This document shows, in pieces, positions 63,374 to 64,000 of a stretch of DNA of 64,000 bases. Positions within the stretch are counted from its first letter, which is position 1, and each line of letters begins with the position of its first letter. Both the position numbers and the translations under genes were made by a program. Source of the stretch: a virus; IMG/VR virus record IMGVR_UViG_3300007106_000008, positions 1-64,000 of that record, one strand, 5' to 3'. The notes beneath the pieces were generated by a model, which had not been told where the DNA came from, searched no databases, and saw only the letters and a list, made by a program, of their open reading frames with translations.

Positions 63374-63553
63374 TTAAGGGATGTAGGACAACCAAACTAG
63401 TAACTCAGCTTTAGCTTCTTTGTAATCAGCATTAACCTCTTCGGGGTCAAACTGATTCCTGTCATTCTGTAAGCCTTCATGCAATCGCACAGCTTCTTCG
63501 AATCTTTCCAAAGCTTCTTTAGGAGAACTGGATTTACATTCTGTAAGTGTCAT
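63374..63553 (-). CDS. Possible 59-aa early protein (not in ORF track)
   Basis: My translation is MTLTECKSSSPKEALERFEEAVRLHEGLQNDRNQFDPEEVNADYKEAKAELLVWLSYIP. SD aggaagaag upstream. Confidence 0.45.
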   Translation of the reverse strand: MTLTECKSSSPKEALERFEEAVRLHEGLQNDRNQFDPEEVNADYKEAKAELLVWLSYIP

Positions 63554-63616
63554 TTCTTCTTCCTAACGTTGAATAACTATCTGCTTAGTTAAACTAAGTC
63601 GAACTTCGTTCAACTT

Positions 63617-63637
63617 GTTATTCACTTTGTGAATAAC
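63617..63637. promoter_or_regulatory. Perfect 9-bp palindrome with 3-nt spacer (operator-like)
   Basis: GTTATTCAC-ttt-GTGAATAAC. The right half is part of a 13-nt direct repeat tgaataactatct (63570-63582 and 63630-63642, exactly 60 nt apart). Confidence 0.35.
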
Positions 63638-63650
63638 TATCTAATGATTT

Positions 63651-63678
63651 AAAATGGAACTCCGAAGAGTTCCATTTT
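63651..63678 (-). terminator. Terminator hairpin (early region)
   Basis: aaaatggaactc-cgaa-gagttccatttt, a 12-bp stem whose outer A/T pairs supply the U-tract in either direction. Confidence 0.7.
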
Positions 63679-63682
63679 GTTT

Positions 63683-63994
63683 TTAGTTTTTAGACTCAAC
63701 TTCGCTAAGCAAAGCGACAATTGAATCATAGGATTGTTGATACAGTTTTGCGTTAACTTCATCCTTGCAGAATTCTTGAATAGATTTCTTACGGATAGTA
63801 TCTTGCATAGCTGTTTCTTCAGCTAACTTATTAACAAACGTATGCATTTCTAATTTAGTACGAATACGTTGTTTATCACTCATAGTTGTTACATATGAGT
63901 TAAGCATTCCTACAGCTTTAGTTGCTGTACCAAATGTATCAGCGATAGTAGTAGCTGCTTCGTTAACTGTACCAAGTAAAGTTCCAGCAGTCAT
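63683..63994 (-). CDS. Hypothetical early protein
   Basis: 103-aa ORF. Window ends 6 nt upstream of its start. Confidence 0.6.
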   Translation of the reverse strand: MTAGTLLGTVNEAATTIADTFGTATKAVGMLNSYVTTMSDKQRIRTKLEMHTFVNKLAEETAMQDTIRKKSIQEFCKDEVNAKLYQQSYDSIVALLSEVESKN

Positions 63995-64000
63995 ACGTAC

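Noticed and set aside
1-64000. CRISPR arrays, integrase/repressor lysogeny module, rRNA, transposase-type IS elements
   Set aside because: I saw no regularly spaced direct repeats and no tyrosine or serine recombinase motifs. The only mobile elements seen are introns and homing endonucleases. The gene content is that of a virulent N4-like phage.

Overview
This window holds about 64 kb of an N4-like podophage genome (Schitoviridae). Its layout matches the enterobacterial G7C-type N4 relatives. N4 gp numbers below come from synteny as I remember the N4 gene order, not from a search.

Late module, nt 1-25,300, + strand:
- 5'-truncated SGNH-esterase tailspike
- lysis cassette: two membrane proteins, a GH108 muramidase with a SAR-like N-terminus, and Rz with an embedded Rz1 lipoprotein
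- portal, major capsid protein and gp55-gp51-like virion proteins
- the hallmark about 3,440-aa virion RNA polymerase

Early, middle and replication module, nt 29,170-64,000, - strand:
- RuvC-like resolvase, N4-type SSB, gp44-like ATPase, gp43-like replication protein
- family-A DNA polymerase, SF1 helicase, rIIA/rIIB-like pair
- ThyX, dCTP-deaminase-family enzyme, MoxR-AAA/VWA pair
- Ig-like decoration protein, the two-subunit T7-like RNAP II, and small early genes

Features beyond the standard N4 plan:
1. An island at 25.9-29.2 kb lies between the gp49-like gene and the replication genes. It has a four-gene + strand cassette: a glycine-zipper/QN-rich protein ending in GCC, a His-tract MazG-like protein and two unknowns. 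Next to it is a 1.3-kb ORF-free segment dense in hairpins. Its wobble pairs, U-tract terminators and a sigma70-like promoter all point to - strand structured RNA, and it carries tRNA T-arm look-alikes. This is my best candidate for something undescribed.
2. Two clearly homologous group I introns interrupt the gp44-like ATPase gene and the DNA polymerase gene. Both have readable P/Q/R/S core elements and each carries an HNH homing endonuclease. The polymerase has a third, unrelated HNH-containing interruption, so it lies in three pieces. There are also two free-standing HNH-AP2 endonuclease genes and one AP2 remnant.
3. Three hairpin promoters of the N4 virion-RNAP type follow the pattern CC-N3-AGNNGC-GGA-GCNNCT on the template strand. 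One sits directly upstream of the RNAP II genes.

I found no CRISPR array, integrase, rRNA or canonical tRNA.
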